From: Anaerolineales bacterium
GTDB taxonomy: Bacteria > Chloroflexota > Anaerolineae > Anaerolineales > UBA11579
Reading direction: 5' to 3'
NCBI GenBank assembly: GCA_035446285.1
Contig: DAOMSJ010000003.1
Location: forward strand, 164,929 to 228,928
DNA length: 64,000 nucleotides
Shown: piece by piece, positions 19,076 to 29,116 of the stretch
How positions within the stretch are numbered: the stretch's first letter is position 1
Layout of the letters: every line of letters begins with the position of its first letter
Program-made: the position numbers and the translations under genes
Notes under the pieces: model-generated
The model's input: only the letters and a program-made list of their open reading frames with translations
The model's database searches: none
Told to the model about the DNA's origin: nothing

Positions 19076-19559
19076 GCACATTGCCTACATTGGGCTCGGC
19101 TCAAATATTGAACCGGCCCACAATCTGCAGCAAGCCGTGGCCACGCTGCGCAACGCCGCCTTGCCGGGCCACACACGGCTGCTGGCTGTTTCCAGCGCGT
19201 GGAGCTCACCCGCGCGCGGCACCCAGGGCCCCCAGTTCCTCAACGCCGCCGCCAAACTCACTACGCAGCTAGACCCCGAAGCCCTAAAGCTGCAGGTGCT
19301 GCGCCCGCTGGAAGCGGCGCAGGGCCGCGTACGCACAGCGGACCGCAACGCGCCGCGCACTTTGGATATGGACCTGCTCGTTTACGATGGCCAGGAAATC
19401 GATGCTGAGATTTGGCAGGCAGCCCACATTGCGCTGCCGCTGTCCGAGCTGCTCCCAGAGCTGGCTGCACCCGACAGCCGCGAGACGCTGCTGGCCGCCG
19501 CCGCTCGGCTGGCGGCCAGCCAGCCAAACCAGCGCAGCGAGCTTGTGCTCAAAAAGTAA
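19068..19559 (+). CDS. folK: 2-amino-4-hydroxy-6-hydroxymethyldihydropterin pyrophosphokinase (HPPK)
   Basis: IAYIGLGSNIEP...RTLDMDLLVY fits HPPK. The in-frame GTG at 19068 overlaps the folB stop. Confidence 0.8.
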   Translation: MTEHIAYIGLGSNIEPAHNLQQAVATLRNAALPGHTRLLAVSSAWSSPARGTQGPQFLNAAAKLTTQLDPEALKLQVLRPLEAAQGRVRTADRNAPRTLDMDLLVYDGQEIDAEIWQAAHIALPLSELLPELAAPDSRETLLAAAARLAASQPNQRSELVLKK

Positions 19560-19587
19560 AAAGGCCAGCATTCTGCTGGCCTTTTTG
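19558..19587. terminator. Bidirectional intrinsic terminator between folK and the flp gene
   Basis: aaaaa ggccagca ttc tgctggcc ttttt. Confidence 0.75.
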
Positions 19588-19605
19588 ATACTCAGTTACA
19601 AGGTT

Positions 19606-19752
19606 CTAGAGGTTGCTAATGACGCTATCGTAGAGACTGTTGGTGATGCCGCCTGAAAGAAAGGTCAGAGCAACGATGCTCAGGATGGCCAGAAACACAA
19701 TGATGACTGCGTATTCAACCAACCCTTGCCCAACTTCGCTTTTGCTCCGCAT
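19606..19752 (-). CDS. flp: Flp-family type IVb (Tad) prepilin, 48 aa (below the ORF-track size cut-off)
   Basis: Own translation: MRSKSEVGQGLVEYAVIIVFLAILSIVALTFLSGGITNSLYDSVISNL. It has the Flp G/xxxxEY processing motif and hydrophobic core, and an AGGAGG 6 nt upstream of the ATG. Confidence 0.75.
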   Translation of the reverse strand: MRSKSEVGQGLVEYAVIIVFLAILSIVALTFLSGGITNSLYDSVISNL

Positions 19753-19840
19753 AGAGGCCTCCTGGTGACCAACTTGTCACAAGTACCATAATACTACACA
19801 GGAGCTCCAGCCCACAACGCAGACGGCTAAGCAAAGTTAG

Positions 19841-20470
19841 CTAGAAATTCAGGCGTTCGGCGCCACGCGCCAGGTTATCCATAAACTCCTGACGAGTAGC
19901 CGGATTGTTGCGGAAGCCGCCCACCATCGTAGATGTGGTCATACGCGCATCGTGTTTTTTGACGCCGCGCATCATGGAGCACATATGCAAGGCCTCCACC
20001 ACAACGCCTGCCCCCAAAGGATTGATCGCATCACAGAGGAAATCGGCAATCTGGCGCGTAAGGCGCTCTTGCACCTGCAAACGCCGCGAGAACATATCCA
20101 CGATGCGCGGGATCTTGGAAAGCCCAATGACCTTGCCGCGTGGGATGTAAGCCACATGAGCGCGCCCGATGAAGGGCAGCATGTGGTGCTCACACAGGCT
20201 GAAGAACTCAATATCGCGCACGATAACCATATCGTCGTACTGCACATCGAACAAAGCATCATTGATGAGCTTGACCGGGTCTGTTCGGTAGCCCGAGAGC
20301 AACTCGGTGTAGGCTCGCGCCACGCGGTCAGGCGTGCTGAGCAGGCCCTCGCGCTGTGGGTCTTCACCCACAGCGCTCAGGATCTGCTGCACAGCCTGCT
20401 GGATGGTGGTCTGATCAACCTCGCCATCCAGCAGCTGGGCAGCTTCATAAACTTTTTTCTTGCCAGTCAT
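19841..20470 (-). CDS. folE: GTP cyclohydrolase I
   Basis: [22 protein letters not shown] and the overall FolE pattern. Confidence 0.95.
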   Translation of the reverse strand: MTGKKKVYEAAQLLDGEVDQTTIQQAVQQILSAVGEDPQREGLLSTPDRVARAYTELLSGYRTDPVKLINDALFDVQYDDMVIVRDIEFFSLCEHHMLPFIGRAHVAYIPRGKVIGLSKIPRIVDMFSRRLQVQERLTRQIADFLCDAINPLGAGVVVEALHMCSMMRGVKKHDARMTTSTMVGGFRNNPATRQEFMDNLARGAERLNF

Positions 20471-20472
20471 GC

Positions 20473-21036
20473 TTAGGCAAGCTCCGTATTGATCAAGCCA
20501 TAGTCGCCATCGGCGCGGCGATACAGCACACTCACCCCGCCGGCTTCCATGTCATAGAAGACAAAGAAATCCTGATGCCCCAACAAGCGCATCTGTTCAA
20601 TGGCTTCACTCTCGTTCATGGGGTGCAGCATAAATTTCTTGCGGCGCACCACCTGCTCTTCAACCTCTTCTTCATACAGGGCAGCCACTTCTTCAGTGGC
20701 TTCATCGCTGATCGAGGCGCCATCGCCCTTGCCGCGGTAGCGCTTGCCCTTGTAGCGCTCGATCTGGCGCTGGATGCGCTCCAGCGCATTGTCGAATGCC
20801 GATTGGATCTGGTCACTCTTGTACTCGGAACGCAGCACAAATTTCTTGCCGCGCAACGTGATCTGCGCCTTATAGCGATGGGCAGCTTCACGCGCCGAGG
20901 CGCGGTGGCTCAAATCGATGCGGGCTTCTTCAAGATCATTGATATAGCGGTGAAGCTTAGCGGCGCGCGATTCAACATATTCGTTCAAGGTCTCATCGAT
21001 CTTGAAATCGTGGCCGAAAATGTCTACGTTTAGCAT
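20473..21036 (-). CDS. hpf: Ribosome hibernation promoting factor, long form
   Basis: [28 protein letters not shown]..., plus a C-terminal dimerisation domain ([26 protein letters not shown]). GGAGGA sits upstream of the ATG at 21036. Confidence 0.9.
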   Translation of the reverse strand: MLNVDIFGHDFKIDETLNEYVESRAAKLHRYINDLEEARIDLSHRASAREAAHRYKAQITLRGKKFVLRSEYKSDQIQSAFDNALERIQRQIERYKGKRYRGKGDGASISDEATEEVAALYEEEVEEQVVRRKKFMLHPMNESEAIEQMRLLGHQDFFVFYDMEAGGVSVLYRRADGDYGLINTELA

Positions 21037-21117
21037 GGGTTCCTCCTGGGTGAGAATAAGAGAAGTACCTTCAACGCTAGTGTACCAAGTGCCACTGCGC
21101 TTCACATAGGGCAATTG

Positions 21118-21804
21118 TCATAAAGTTCGAGCCAGCGTCAGGACATAGACGCTATGCGCCCCTGCCGCTCGCAAAGCACGGGCGGCAGCATGCAGGGTGG
21201 CGCCAGTGGTCATGATGTCGTCCACCAGCAGCAGGCGGCGCCCGGCCACCTGCGGGCTGGCCACAAAGGCGTCATTTACATTGGCCCAGCGCTGTTCCAG
21301 ACCTAGATCCATCTGCGGCAGCGTATCGCGCTGGCGTTGCAGCAACCCATTCACCAGCGGCAGGCCCAGCCGCTGCGCCAGCGGGCCGGCCAACAGCTCC
21401 ACCTGATTGAAGCCTCGCTGGGTCTCGCGACGCCGGCTGAGCGGCACCGGCAATACACCCTCTACACGCCAGCTGGCCGGGTACAGCGCAGCCAGCGGCT
21501 GGCTGAGGGCTTGGCCCAGACCGCGACTACGCTTATGCTTGAGTTTGAGAATGGCGCGGCGCAAGGTGCCAGCATAGCCACCCCAGGCCCGCGCTGAGAT
21601 AAAGGCGAAGGTCGGCGGCAGACAAGCAGGGCATTCAGCGTGCGGTTCTGGCAGCGGGTAGCCGCAGTGCGCGCACACCGGCTCATGCAAGATCTGCGTA
21701 GCAGCAACACACGCGGCGCACCAATGGCCCCCCAGGCGGCCACATCCTCCGCAGCGCGGGGGAAACAACCAGTCTGCCGCGGCAGACCACATACTTGCTT
21801 TCAT
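21118..21804 (-). CDS. comFC: ComF-family protein (zinc-finger plus phosphoribosyltransferase domain)
   Basis: The N-terminus has four CxxC pairs. The C-terminus has LLLVDDIMTTGATL, a PRT motif. Confidence 0.8.
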   Translation of the reverse strand: MKASMWSAAADWLFPPRCGGCGRLGGHWCAACVAATQILHEPVCAHCGYPLPEPHAECPACLPPTFAFISARAWGGYAGTLRRAILKLKHKRSRGLGQALSQPLAALYPASWRVEGVLPVPLSRRRETQRGFNQVELLAGPLAQRLGLPLVNGLLQRQRDTLPQMDLGLEQRWANVNDAFVASPQVAGRRLLLVDDIMTTGATLHAAARALRAAGAHSVYVLTLARTL

Positions 21805-21810
21805 CGGAGT

Positions 21811-22752
21811 CTAGAAGAACGCGCCGGAGCGTATGATTTGCAAGATGGCTGGCCCCAGCAGAATGATCATGATGGTTGGGAAGATCAAAAAAGCCATCGG
21901 CATGAGCATTTTGACCGGTGCACGCTGGGCATTCTCTTCAGCACGTTGGCGGCGCTTGACACGCATCGCATCCGATTGCACACGCAGTACGCGCGCCATG
22001 CTGACACCCAGTTGCTCGCTCTGAATCACGGCCGCTACGAAGGTGTTGATCTCATCTACGCCCAGACGGTCAGCCATGTCACGCAGCGCTTCACGGCGCA
22101 ACTTGCCCAGTTGGATCTCCTGCAACACGCGCGCAAACGCCCGCGCCAGATCGTTATCCCACTTCTCCACCACTTTGCGCATGGCAGCATCAAAACCCAG
22201 GCCGGCTTCCACACAGATGGTGAGTAGGTCCATGGCGTCTGGCATGGCCTTCATGACCGAAGTCTGGCGGCGGCGTACATTGCGATTGAGCATCATATTC
22301 GGCAGGAAGAAGCCGATAAAGATCGAACCACCGATGATGAGCATCGAGGTGAGTGCAAAAGGCGATGTGGTTGGTGAGAGCGAGAAAACGAAGAACATCA
22401 GCGCGCCGAGGCCAAGACCAAAAATAAGGCGAGAGGCGAGGAAGACGGTGGGCTCCAGCCAGCGCGGTGCGTCAGCCATTTCCAATTGGCGGCGTGTCTC
22501 CGTGATCGCATTCTGCGGAGTGAAGCGCTGCGCAATCTCACCAAAGCGCTGGGCCATCGGGTAGACCACGCGCTCCATCAACGGCTGCGAAAGCTCGATC
22601 TCTTCGAGGCTGGTCACTTCGCCGCGCTCAGCGTACTCAGCCAACCGGCGGGAGAGCGTGTCTCTGCCGCGGCTTTCGCGCAAACCCAGCACCACCAAAG
22701 CAATTGCTCCGGTGATAACAATAAACAACAAGAGCAGGGCAACCCACATCAT
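21811..22752 (-). CDS. tadC: Tad pilus platform protein TadC (T2SS-F family)
   Basis: 313 aa, T2SSF-like with an N-terminal TM and C-terminal TM pairs. Directly follows tadB. Confidence 0.85.
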   Translation of the reverse strand: MMWVALLLLFIVITGAIALVVLGLRESRGRDTLSRRLAEYAERGEVTSLEEIELSQPLMERVVYPMAQRFGEIAQRFTPQNAITETRRQLEMADAPRWLEPTVFLASRLIFGLGLGALMFFVFSLSPTTSPFALTSMLIIGGSIFIGFFLPNMMLNRNVRRRQTSVMKAMPDAMDLLTICVEAGLGFDAAMRKVVEKWDNDLARAFARVLQEIQLGKLRREALRDMADRLGVDEINTFVAAVIQSEQLGVSMARVLRVQSDAMRVKRRQRAEENAQRAPVKMLMPMAFLIFPTIMIILLGPAILQIIRSGAFF

Positions 22753-22754
22753 GG

Positions 22755-23723
22755 CTAGATTTCCACCGTGCTCATCTTATCCAACACAAAATAGCCAATG
22801 ACCAGCATCAGGCCAGCCACGCCCAGCATCAGGTAGCCGCACAACACCGGGGGCTGGAAAAACTCCTGCATGTACTCACGGTTGAGACCCCACAGCGCCA
22901 GGCCCAGCCCCACCGGCATGAGCGCCAGGAAGCGCCCAGAGTATTTGACCTGGGCGGTAATGGCGCGCATCTCCCCTTGAATACGAATACGCTCGCGCAC
23001 GGTGTGCGAGATGGTGTCAAGGATCTCGGCCAGGTTGCCACCCACTTCACGCTGGATGTTGATGGCCGTGATGGCCAGATCCAAGTCTTCGCTGGCGATG
23101 CGGCGCTGCAGATTCTCCAACGCCGTTTCCATCGAAACACCCAGTTGCATTTCCTGCACTACGCGGCGGAACTCGTCACTGATCGGGGATGGCAGCTCGC
23201 GGCTCACCGCTTCCATCGCCTGCAAGGCGGAGAAGCCTGTGCGCAAGCCGTTGACCATCAGGTTGAGCATATCCGGCAACTGGTCACTGAATTTGGCCAG
23301 GCGTTTGTTCTGCTGAAAGCTCACAAAGAAGCGCGGAATAAAAAGGCCAAAAATCAGGCCAATAAATGCAAAGAACCACGAACCATCAAAAAAGAAGAAG
23401 CTGAACAGTCCCATGAACACACTGGCGATCATCATCAGCATGATGTACTCGCCCGATTTCAACTTGAGGTCGGCACGCGCTAACTCACGCGAGATGTTGT
23501 CACCATAGTTGGTGTTGGCCACGCGGTCATTGAGCCAATTGGTAAGCACCGAGTTCTTGGTTTTTGCCTCTTCGGCATACTCAAGGTTGCTCTGCTTCTC
23601 AGCCAGGTAGCCTTCAAGACGCCTGTCTACCAGCGAGCGCTCGCTGCGCAGCGTAACCACTAGCCCCACCACAAACAGAATGATGGCTACTGCAACCCCA
23701 GTCCAAAGGATCCACACAGGCAT
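22755..23723 (-). CDS. tadB: Tad pilus platform protein TadB (T2SS-F family)
   Basis: 322 aa, T2SSF-like. Directly follows the CpaF ATPase gene. Confidence 0.85.
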   Translation of the reverse strand: MPVWILWTGVAVAIILFVVGLVVTLRSERSLVDRRLEGYLAEKQSNLEYAEEAKTKNSVLTNWLNDRVANTNYGDNISRELARADLKLKSGEYIMLMMIASVFMGLFSFFFFDGSWFFAFIGLIFGLFIPRFFVSFQQNKRLAKFSDQLPDMLNLMVNGLRTGFSALQAMEAVSRELPSPISDEFRRVVQEMQLGVSMETALENLQRRIASEDLDLAITAINIQREVGGNLAEILDTISHTVRERIRIQGEMRAITAQVKYSGRFLALMPVGLGLALWGLNREYMQEFFQPPVLCGYLMLGVAGLMLVIGYFVLDKMSTVEI

Positions 23724-23726
23724 GGC

Positions 23727-25172
23727 TTAATACCGTTGGCGTTGGCCGATGCCAAAGATACTGGGCGGCACATGAATACCGGCATCTTCAATGCGTTCAA
23801 GGAAATTGGGACGCAAACCAGTAGAGCGCAGCTGTCCAATCACTTTGCCATCTTCAAAGCCACTCTGCTCGAACTGGAAGATATCGGTGAGGGTAATAAC
23901 ATCGCCCTCCATGCCCACCACCTCAGTGATGTTGACCACCTTGCGGGAGCCATCTCGCTGGCGCTCCACCTGCACCACCAGGTCAATCGCCGAGGCGATC
24001 TGCTCACGAATGGCGCGCACAGGCAGGTCATAGCCGGCCATCAGGGTCATCGTTTCCAGGCGGGCCAGCGTATCGCGCGGCGTATTGGCGTGCGCAGTGG
24101 TCATCGAGCCATCGTGGCCGGTGTTCATCGCCTGGAGCATGTCCAGCGCCTCACCAGCACGAATTTCACCTACGATGATGCGGTCAGGGCGCATACGCAG
24201 TGCGTTGACCACCAGTTGCTGGGCATTGATCTCACCCTTGCCTTCAATGTTGGCCGGGCGTGTCTCCAGCGTGACCACATGCTCTTGACGGAGCTGCAAC
24301 TCTGCCGCATTTTCGATGGTGACAATGCGCTGGTCACTGGGAATAAAGCTGGAGAGCACGTTAAGCAGCGTAGTCTTACCGGAGCCAGTACCGCCTGCGA
24401 TCACTACGTTGAGGTTGGCTTCTACACACGCCTTAAGGAAGATGACTGATTCCGCAGTGAGTGAGCCGTATTCAATCAGCTGCTCCACCGTAATGGGATC
24501 TTTGGAGAACATACGGATGGTGAGCGTTGGCCCCACCAAGGAGATCGGCGGGATGACCGCATTCACGCGGGAGCCATCCGGCAAACGCGCATCCACATAC
24601 GGGCTGGCTTCGTCTACGCGGCGGCCCAGCGGCGCCACAATGCGATCAATGATGCGCATCACATGCGCATCACTTTCAAAGGTGATGGGGGTGCGGTGCA
24701 GCTTGCCTTTGCGCTCTACATATACATTCTTGTAGCCATTGACCATTATTTCAGTCACGCTGCTGTCATCCAGCAGCGGCTGCAGGGGGCCAAAACCAAG
24801 AATCTCAGCAACGATCTGTTCAAACAGGCGCTGGCGCTCCGGGCGTGAGAGCACTGTGTTCTCTTCGATCAGAATCTGCTCAAACAACTCCTGGATGGTG
24901 CGGCGCACCTCATCTTTCTTAATGTCCAGGGTCGGGTCGAGCTCAGACAGCAGGCGGGTCTGCACACGTGTCTTGAGATCCATGTAGCCGCCGCGCGGCG
25001 TGCCGGCGGCGGGCTGGCTGATGCGGCGGGCGCGCAGGTTACCGGGGCGCTGATTGCCGCCGCCGGCCGCGGGCGGATCGGCGGGTGGGCCTTTGCGCTC
25101 CGGTTGTGCGGGGTTTTGGCGCTGTGCTTCTTCGGCCGATTGGCCGCGCTCTAAACGTCTCATCAACGACAT
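23727..25172 (-). CDS. tadA: Tad pilus assembly ATPase CpaF/TadA
   Basis: Walker [13 protein letters not shown], Asp and His boxes ([12 protein letters not shown]), with a Pro/Gly-rich N-terminal extension. Confidence 0.95.
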   Translation of the reverse strand: MSLMRRLERGQSAEEAQRQNPAQPERKGPPADPPAAGGGNQRPGNLRARRISQPAAGTPRGGYMDLKTRVQTRLLSELDPTLDIKKDEVRRTIQELFEQILIEENTVLSRPERQRLFEQIVAEILGFGPLQPLLDDSSVTEIMVNGYKNVYVERKGKLHRTPITFESDAHVMRIIDRIVAPLGRRVDEASPYVDARLPDGSRVNAVIPPISLVGPTLTIRMFSKDPITVEQLIEYGSLTAESVIFLKACVEANLNVVIAGGTGSGKTTLLNVLSSFIPSDQRIVTIENAAELQLRQEHVVTLETRPANIEGKGEINAQQLVVNALRMRPDRIIVGEIRAGEALDMLQAMNTGHDGSMTTAHANTPRDTLARLETMTLMAGYDLPVRAIREQIASAIDLVVQVERQRDGSRKVVNITEVVGMEGDVITLTDIFQFEQSGFEDGKVIGQLRSTGLRPNFLERIEDAGIHVPPSIFGIGQRQRY

Positions 25173-25205
25173 GGCTTACATCTCCTGCTGGCTGCTACGG
25201 GCAAG

Positions 25206-26435
25206 CTAGCCAACCTCGATCTGGTTGGGCACTTGAGCCTTCAAACGGCTCACCAGCATAGCGGCCAGATCAGAGACTGCTTTAGCTGCTGGAGTGGTGC
25301 CGTTGCGCAACACAAAAGGCTCGCCACGGTCCATCGCAGGCACCACCAATTTTTCTTCCAGCGGAATGACAGCAGCCACTTCTTTCTTGAAGTTATCGCG
25401 CACGCGCTCTGGCGTGATGCTGCGGCGTTTGTCAAAGCGGTTCATCACCAGCACGATCTGCTCACGCGAGATGCCCAGCCCCTCGGCCAGGTCCAGGAAC
25501 AAACGTGCATTCTTGATAGACGGGATATCTTGTGTGATCAGCAACACCACGATGCTGGCCGCATCCAGGGCCGCCAGAGTGAGGTCATTCAAAAGGGAGC
25601 CGGTGTCCACCAGTACATACGGATACATGCGGCTAAGATAGCGCACTACCGAGCCGAACTGGTCACCGCTCACCGTATCGGCCTGCTCGGGGCGCATCGG
25701 CGCCGCCAGGATGTGCACGCCGGAGGCTTCGTGGCGCAGCAATACTTCATTCACCACTTCGCGGTCAAGCTCATCGGCGCGGGGCGCCAGGTCAGCCACA
25801 TTGTTGCGCCCCTGCTCATTGAAGAAGAATGAGAGGTCACCAAACTGCAGGTTGCCATCCACCGCCACCACCGCCTGCCCCTGCTGGCGCATGCACACCG
25901 CCATATTGGCGGCCAGGGTGGTCTTGCCCGTGCCGCCCTTGGGGCTGAAGATGGTGATGACGTGACCCTGGTCACCCGGCAGCAAAGTGCCGCTGCCGCT
26001 GCCAGAACCCGAGTTGCCACTGAAGCCGGAGGAAGCCAGCTTCTCCTTCTCATTCCAAGCCACGCGGCCCGCACGGCGAATCGCCGCGGTGAGCTCATCT
26101 ACGTCGATCGGCTTGGTGAGGAAATCACGTGCGCCGGCCAGCATGGCACGGCGCATGTAGTTGGAATCACCCTGTACCGACAGAATGACAATTTGGGTAT
26201 GGGGCACTTTTTTGCGAATGGCTTCGGTGGCGCTGATGCCGTCCATATCCGGCATGTTGATGTCCATCAACACAACGTCCGGCTGGGTCTCAATGGAAAG
26301 GTCTACCCCCTCCAAGCCATTGCGCGAGGCGCCCACCACCTCGATCTGCGCATCGAACTGTAAAAGTTTGCGGATGTTCTCGCGAGTCTCAGCGACATCA
26401 TCCACAATCAGGACGCGTATTTTTTCTTCAGCCAT
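25206..26435 (-). CDS. tadZ: Response-regulator receiver domain fused to a CpaE/TadZ-type ParA/MinD ATPase
   Basis: The N-terminus has a complete receiver signature (VLIVDDV, VVLMDINMPDMDG, ILSVQGD, LTKP). The C-terminus has the deviant Walker A SPKGGTGKTT. Confidence 0.85.
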   Translation of the reverse strand: MAEEKIRVLIVDDVAETRENIRKLLQFDAQIEVVGASRNGLEGVDLSIETQPDVVLMDINMPDMDGISATEAIRKKVPHTQIVILSVQGDSNYMRRAMLAGARDFLTKPIDVDELTAAIRRAGRVAWNEKEKLASSGFSGNSGSGSGSGTLLPGDQGHVITIFSPKGGTGKTTLAANMAVCMRQQGQAVVAVDGNLQFGDLSFFFNEQGRNNVADLAPRADELDREVVNEVLLRHEASGVHILAAPMRPEQADTVSGDQFGSVVRYLSRMYPYVLVDTGSLLNDLTLAALDAASIVVLLITQDIPSIKNARLFLDLAEGLGISREQIVLVMNRFDKRRSITPERVRDNFKKEVAAVIPLEEKLVVPAMDRGEPFVLRNGTTPAAKAVSDLAAMLVSRLKAQVPNQIEVG

Positions 26436-26471
26436 CCTTGTTAACCGTGCGCCTCTCTGCCGGTGTGAAAA

Positions 26472-27620
26472 CTACGGCTGAGCAGGAAGTGTCTGCAGTT
26501 GGTCATTCTGCACCGGCGAGACCAGCGTATCAATACGCGGGGTCAGGCCAAAGGGCAGCTTCGAAGGCACTGGAATGTTGTAGGTGTTCAACAGAAATTC
26601 CAGCGTCACTGCTTCAGTGGTGATGATGCTGTCATCACCAGTGGCACGCAGCGCCAGGTTGAGCTCTGCACCGGTGTAGATCAAATAATTGAGGGTGACC
26701 GCATCTTGCGGAGTAACGATCAATGTGATGATGTCTGGCGGCTCCACCGATGGCGGCACCACGACCTCTGCGCCTGTAGCGGGGTCAATGGTGGTTTCGC
26801 TTTGCGGCAGCACCACCTCGCCATTCGGATCGGTGTAGTAGTGGTTGCCAACGTGCAGCACCACAATATCCTGCAACAGGGTCTGGCTCACCAGGCGTGG
26901 GCGCTGCGACTCAGACGGCACCGCGTAAAAAGGTTGGCCCGTTTGCTCGTCCACAAAGCCGGTGCCTAGCAATGCCGTCGGGCCACCGTTCACCACCTGG
27001 GCCGTGAGCACATTGATGAGCTCGTCGGTCTCTACATCTGAGCTACTTTCATCATCCGCAGTTGCACCGCCGGTCACCAGGGCATTCCCCGGCTCCAGGA
27101 TGCCCGCCGTGCTGTTGGGGGTTTGCGTCTGAAAGCTCTGGTCTAACTCCACCAGCAACAGCGAAGCAATCACGTTCACATGGTCGCCTGCGCGCAGGCC
27201 ATAAGCCAGGCTGGAGAAACGGTCAATCGGGATAGGGAAGGCCACCATGCCAGAAGGAATGAGCAAGGCAGTATCCGAGCCACTCTGCTCCACCACCTCG
27301 CTGTCCTCAGCCAGCATGCTGGCGTTCAGCGGTGTGCCCGGCGTGAGGTCATAGCGAGAGCGGCGGCCTGCCACCTGTGTGATGTCAGTAAACATGCCTT
27401 CAATGGTCTGGTCGGAGGGATAGGCCAGTAGACCCAGATGCTCAGCCGTGATCAGGGCGCCGCGTTCAATCGGCTGCACAACTATGACGATATCCACCGT
27501 GTTGACCGGCTGTTGCGCCTCCGCGCCATTGGCATTATCCAGGTTCAGCACAGCATACAGTGCTACCAAGGCCAAAATGACCAGAATGGCCAGCACAATC
27601 AACAGTCTTCCTACACGCAT
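26472..27620 (-). CDS. cpaB: Flp pilus assembly protein CpaB (RcpC) with a SAF-like domain
   Basis: N-terminal TM, then VVQPIERGALITAEHL (SAF-like). Positioned between flp and tadZ. Confidence 0.75.
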   Translation of the reverse strand: MRVGRLLIVLAILVILALVALYAVLNLDNANGAEAQQPVNTVDIVIVVQPIERGALITAEHLGLLAYPSDQTIEGMFTDITQVAGRRSRYDLTPGTPLNASMLAEDSEVVEQSGSDTALLIPSGMVAFPIPIDRFSSLAYGLRAGDHVNVIASLLLVELDQSFQTQTPNSTAGILEPGNALVTGGATADDESSSDVETDELINVLTAQVVNGGPTALLGTGFVDEQTGQPFYAVPSESQRPRLVSQTLLQDIVVLHVGNHYYTDPNGEVVLPQSETTIDPATGAEVVVPPSVEPPDIITLIVTPQDAVTLNYLIYTGAELNLALRATGDDSIITTEAVTLEFLLNTYNIPVPSKLPFGLTPRIDTLVSPVQNDQLQTLPAQP

Positions 27621-27740
27621 AGTTGAAACCCTTTCAGGCCTACCCTCACATAGTCTGAGGGCAGGATAGAAGTAGTCTACATGAAATCAAGCCAATTTGC
27701 CAATCCCGCTCATGGGCTATCGCTTTTGGCCGCAGACAAA

Positions 27741-27768
27741 TGCAGCCCTGGCAATTGCCAGGGCTGCA
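27741..27768 (-). terminator. Hairpin just downstream of flp (possible partial terminator or attenuator)
   Basis: Perfect 12-bp stem tgcagccctggc / gccagggctgca with an aatt loop, followed by only a weak U-tract. Confidence 0.4.
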
Positions 27769-27790
27769 TTAGGATAAATGGTCGCCAAAA

Positions 27791-27931
27791 TTAGATGTTG
27801 GCGATGATGTTGCTGAACACGTTACCAATAGATCCGCCGAGCAGGGACACGATCACGATGACCACAATGGCGACCAGCACCAAGATCAGCGCGTATTCTA
27901 CGAGCCCTTGACCCTTTTGAGAGTTGAACAT
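27791..27931 (-). CDS. flp: Flp-family type IVb (Tad) prepilin
   Basis: MFNSQKGQGLVEYALILVLVAIVVIVIVSLLGGSIGNVFSNIIANI. AAGGAGG sits upstream of the ATG at 27931. The track start at 27985 is upstream of the SD. Confidence 0.85.
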   Translation of the reverse strand: MFNSQKGQGLVEYALILVLVAIVVIVIVSLLGGSIGNVFSNIIANI

Positions 27932-27987
27932 TAGGAGTTCCTCCTTTCCACCAAAGGTACTCCGCAAAAGTGCAGAGTTATGCATAG

Positions 27988-28016
27988 ATTATAGAAATGG
28001 CTGGTTTTTTGCGCAA
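27988..28016 (-). promoter_or_regulatory. Sigma-70-type promoter for flp
   Basis: On the minus strand: TTGCGC, 17 nt, TATAAT, about 50 nt upstream of the flp ATG. Confidence 0.45.
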
Positions 28017-28042
28017 TAGAATTAGAGTACTAATGGCCAGGT

Positions 28043-29116
28043 TTAGCTACGTGGGGCCTGGGCTTCGCCCGGCACGCTAAACGCAAAGCGCGCTCCCTGC
28101 CCTGGGGCGCTATCCATATCAAAGGTGCCTCCCAGCAGGTCCATACGCTCGCGGATGGCTTTGAGGGTCAGCTCAGCCTCAGCGGGTACGGCATGCAAGT
28201 CAAAGCCACGCCCGTTATCTTCCACACTGGCACGCACCTGGTGCTCGGTGATATCCAGTTGCACTTTAATGCTGCTGGCCTGGCTGTGCAAAGCGGCGTT
28301 GCTCAACAGCTCTTGCACGGCACGGAAAACGACCACCTCAATATATGGCTGCAAGCGGCGCTCAGAGCCGGTCACGCTGACCGGGATCTCGATGCCCATC
28401 TTTTCCGCAAGGTAATCGGCATAGCGTTTGATGGTAGGCACCAAACCGAGATCATCCAGCATCATTGGGCGCAGGTCAAAGATGAAGTCACGCACCTTTT
28501 GAAAGGTGCTCGAGGCGGCCGCTTTCAGGCTGTTGAGCTCCTGGCGCGCCTGCTCCTGATCCACCTCAAATAGGCGCAAGGCGATCTCAGTCTGCAAGAT
28601 AAAGTTGGAGAGCTGCTGGGCTGGCCCATCATGCATCTGGCGTGAGAGGCGCTGGCGCTCCTGCTCCTGCGCTTGGATCATGATCTCGATGGAGTTCTGC
28701 GTGCTGCGGCCGCTCTCCTGCGGGCGCACTTCGCTGGCCTCGGCGTCACGCACTTTCTTGAGCACCTGCAGCTGGCGCTCCAGGCGCGCTTTGTCGCTGT
28801 GCAGTTTTTCAAACTGGCCACGCATCACCACCAGGCGCTGCTGTGCCTCCAGGGCGGCATCGTAAGCTACGCGAATATCCGGCGCGGGGACATCATCAAT
28901 TTGGTTCTGGATCTGTTGCAGATGGGCAGTGATCGTCGCGTTGCGCTGGGTGAGCTTATCCAGCTCGCCTTTGCTTTGCGTCAACAGCAAGTCGATCTCA
29001 CTCAGCTCACGCTGGGTCTGCGTGATTTCCAGCTCCAATTCCTCTGCCGCTGAACCCGCAGAGGTGGCAGACCCAGAGAATACGCTGTCTTGAGATTCAG
29101 CCATCGCTATGCTCAC
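28043..29116 (-). CDS. Soluble (no TM) histidine kinase of the HisKA_3/NarL-partner class with an N-terminal coiled coil
   Basis: H-box RLSRQMHDGPAQQL. HATPase_c signatures NAALHSQA, EDNGRGFD, GGTFDMDSAPGQGARF. No hydrophobic segments. Confidence 0.85.
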   Translation of the reverse strand: MSIAMAESQDSVFSGSATSAGSAAEELELEITQTQRELSEIDLLLTQSKGELDKLTQRNATITAHLQQIQNQIDDVPAPDIRVAYDAALEAQQRLVVMRGQFEKLHSDKARLERQLQVLKKVRDAEASEVRPQESGRSTQNSIEIMIQAQEQERQRLSRQMHDGPAQQLSNFILQTEIALRLFEVDQEQARQELNSLKAAASSTFQKVRDFIFDLRPMMLDDLGLVPTIKRYADYLAEKMGIEIPVSVTGSERRLQPYIEVVVFRAVQELLSNAALHSQASSIKVQLDITEHQVRASVEDNGRGFDLHAVPAEAELTLKAIRERMDLLGGTFDMDSAPGQGARFAFSVPGEAQAPRS

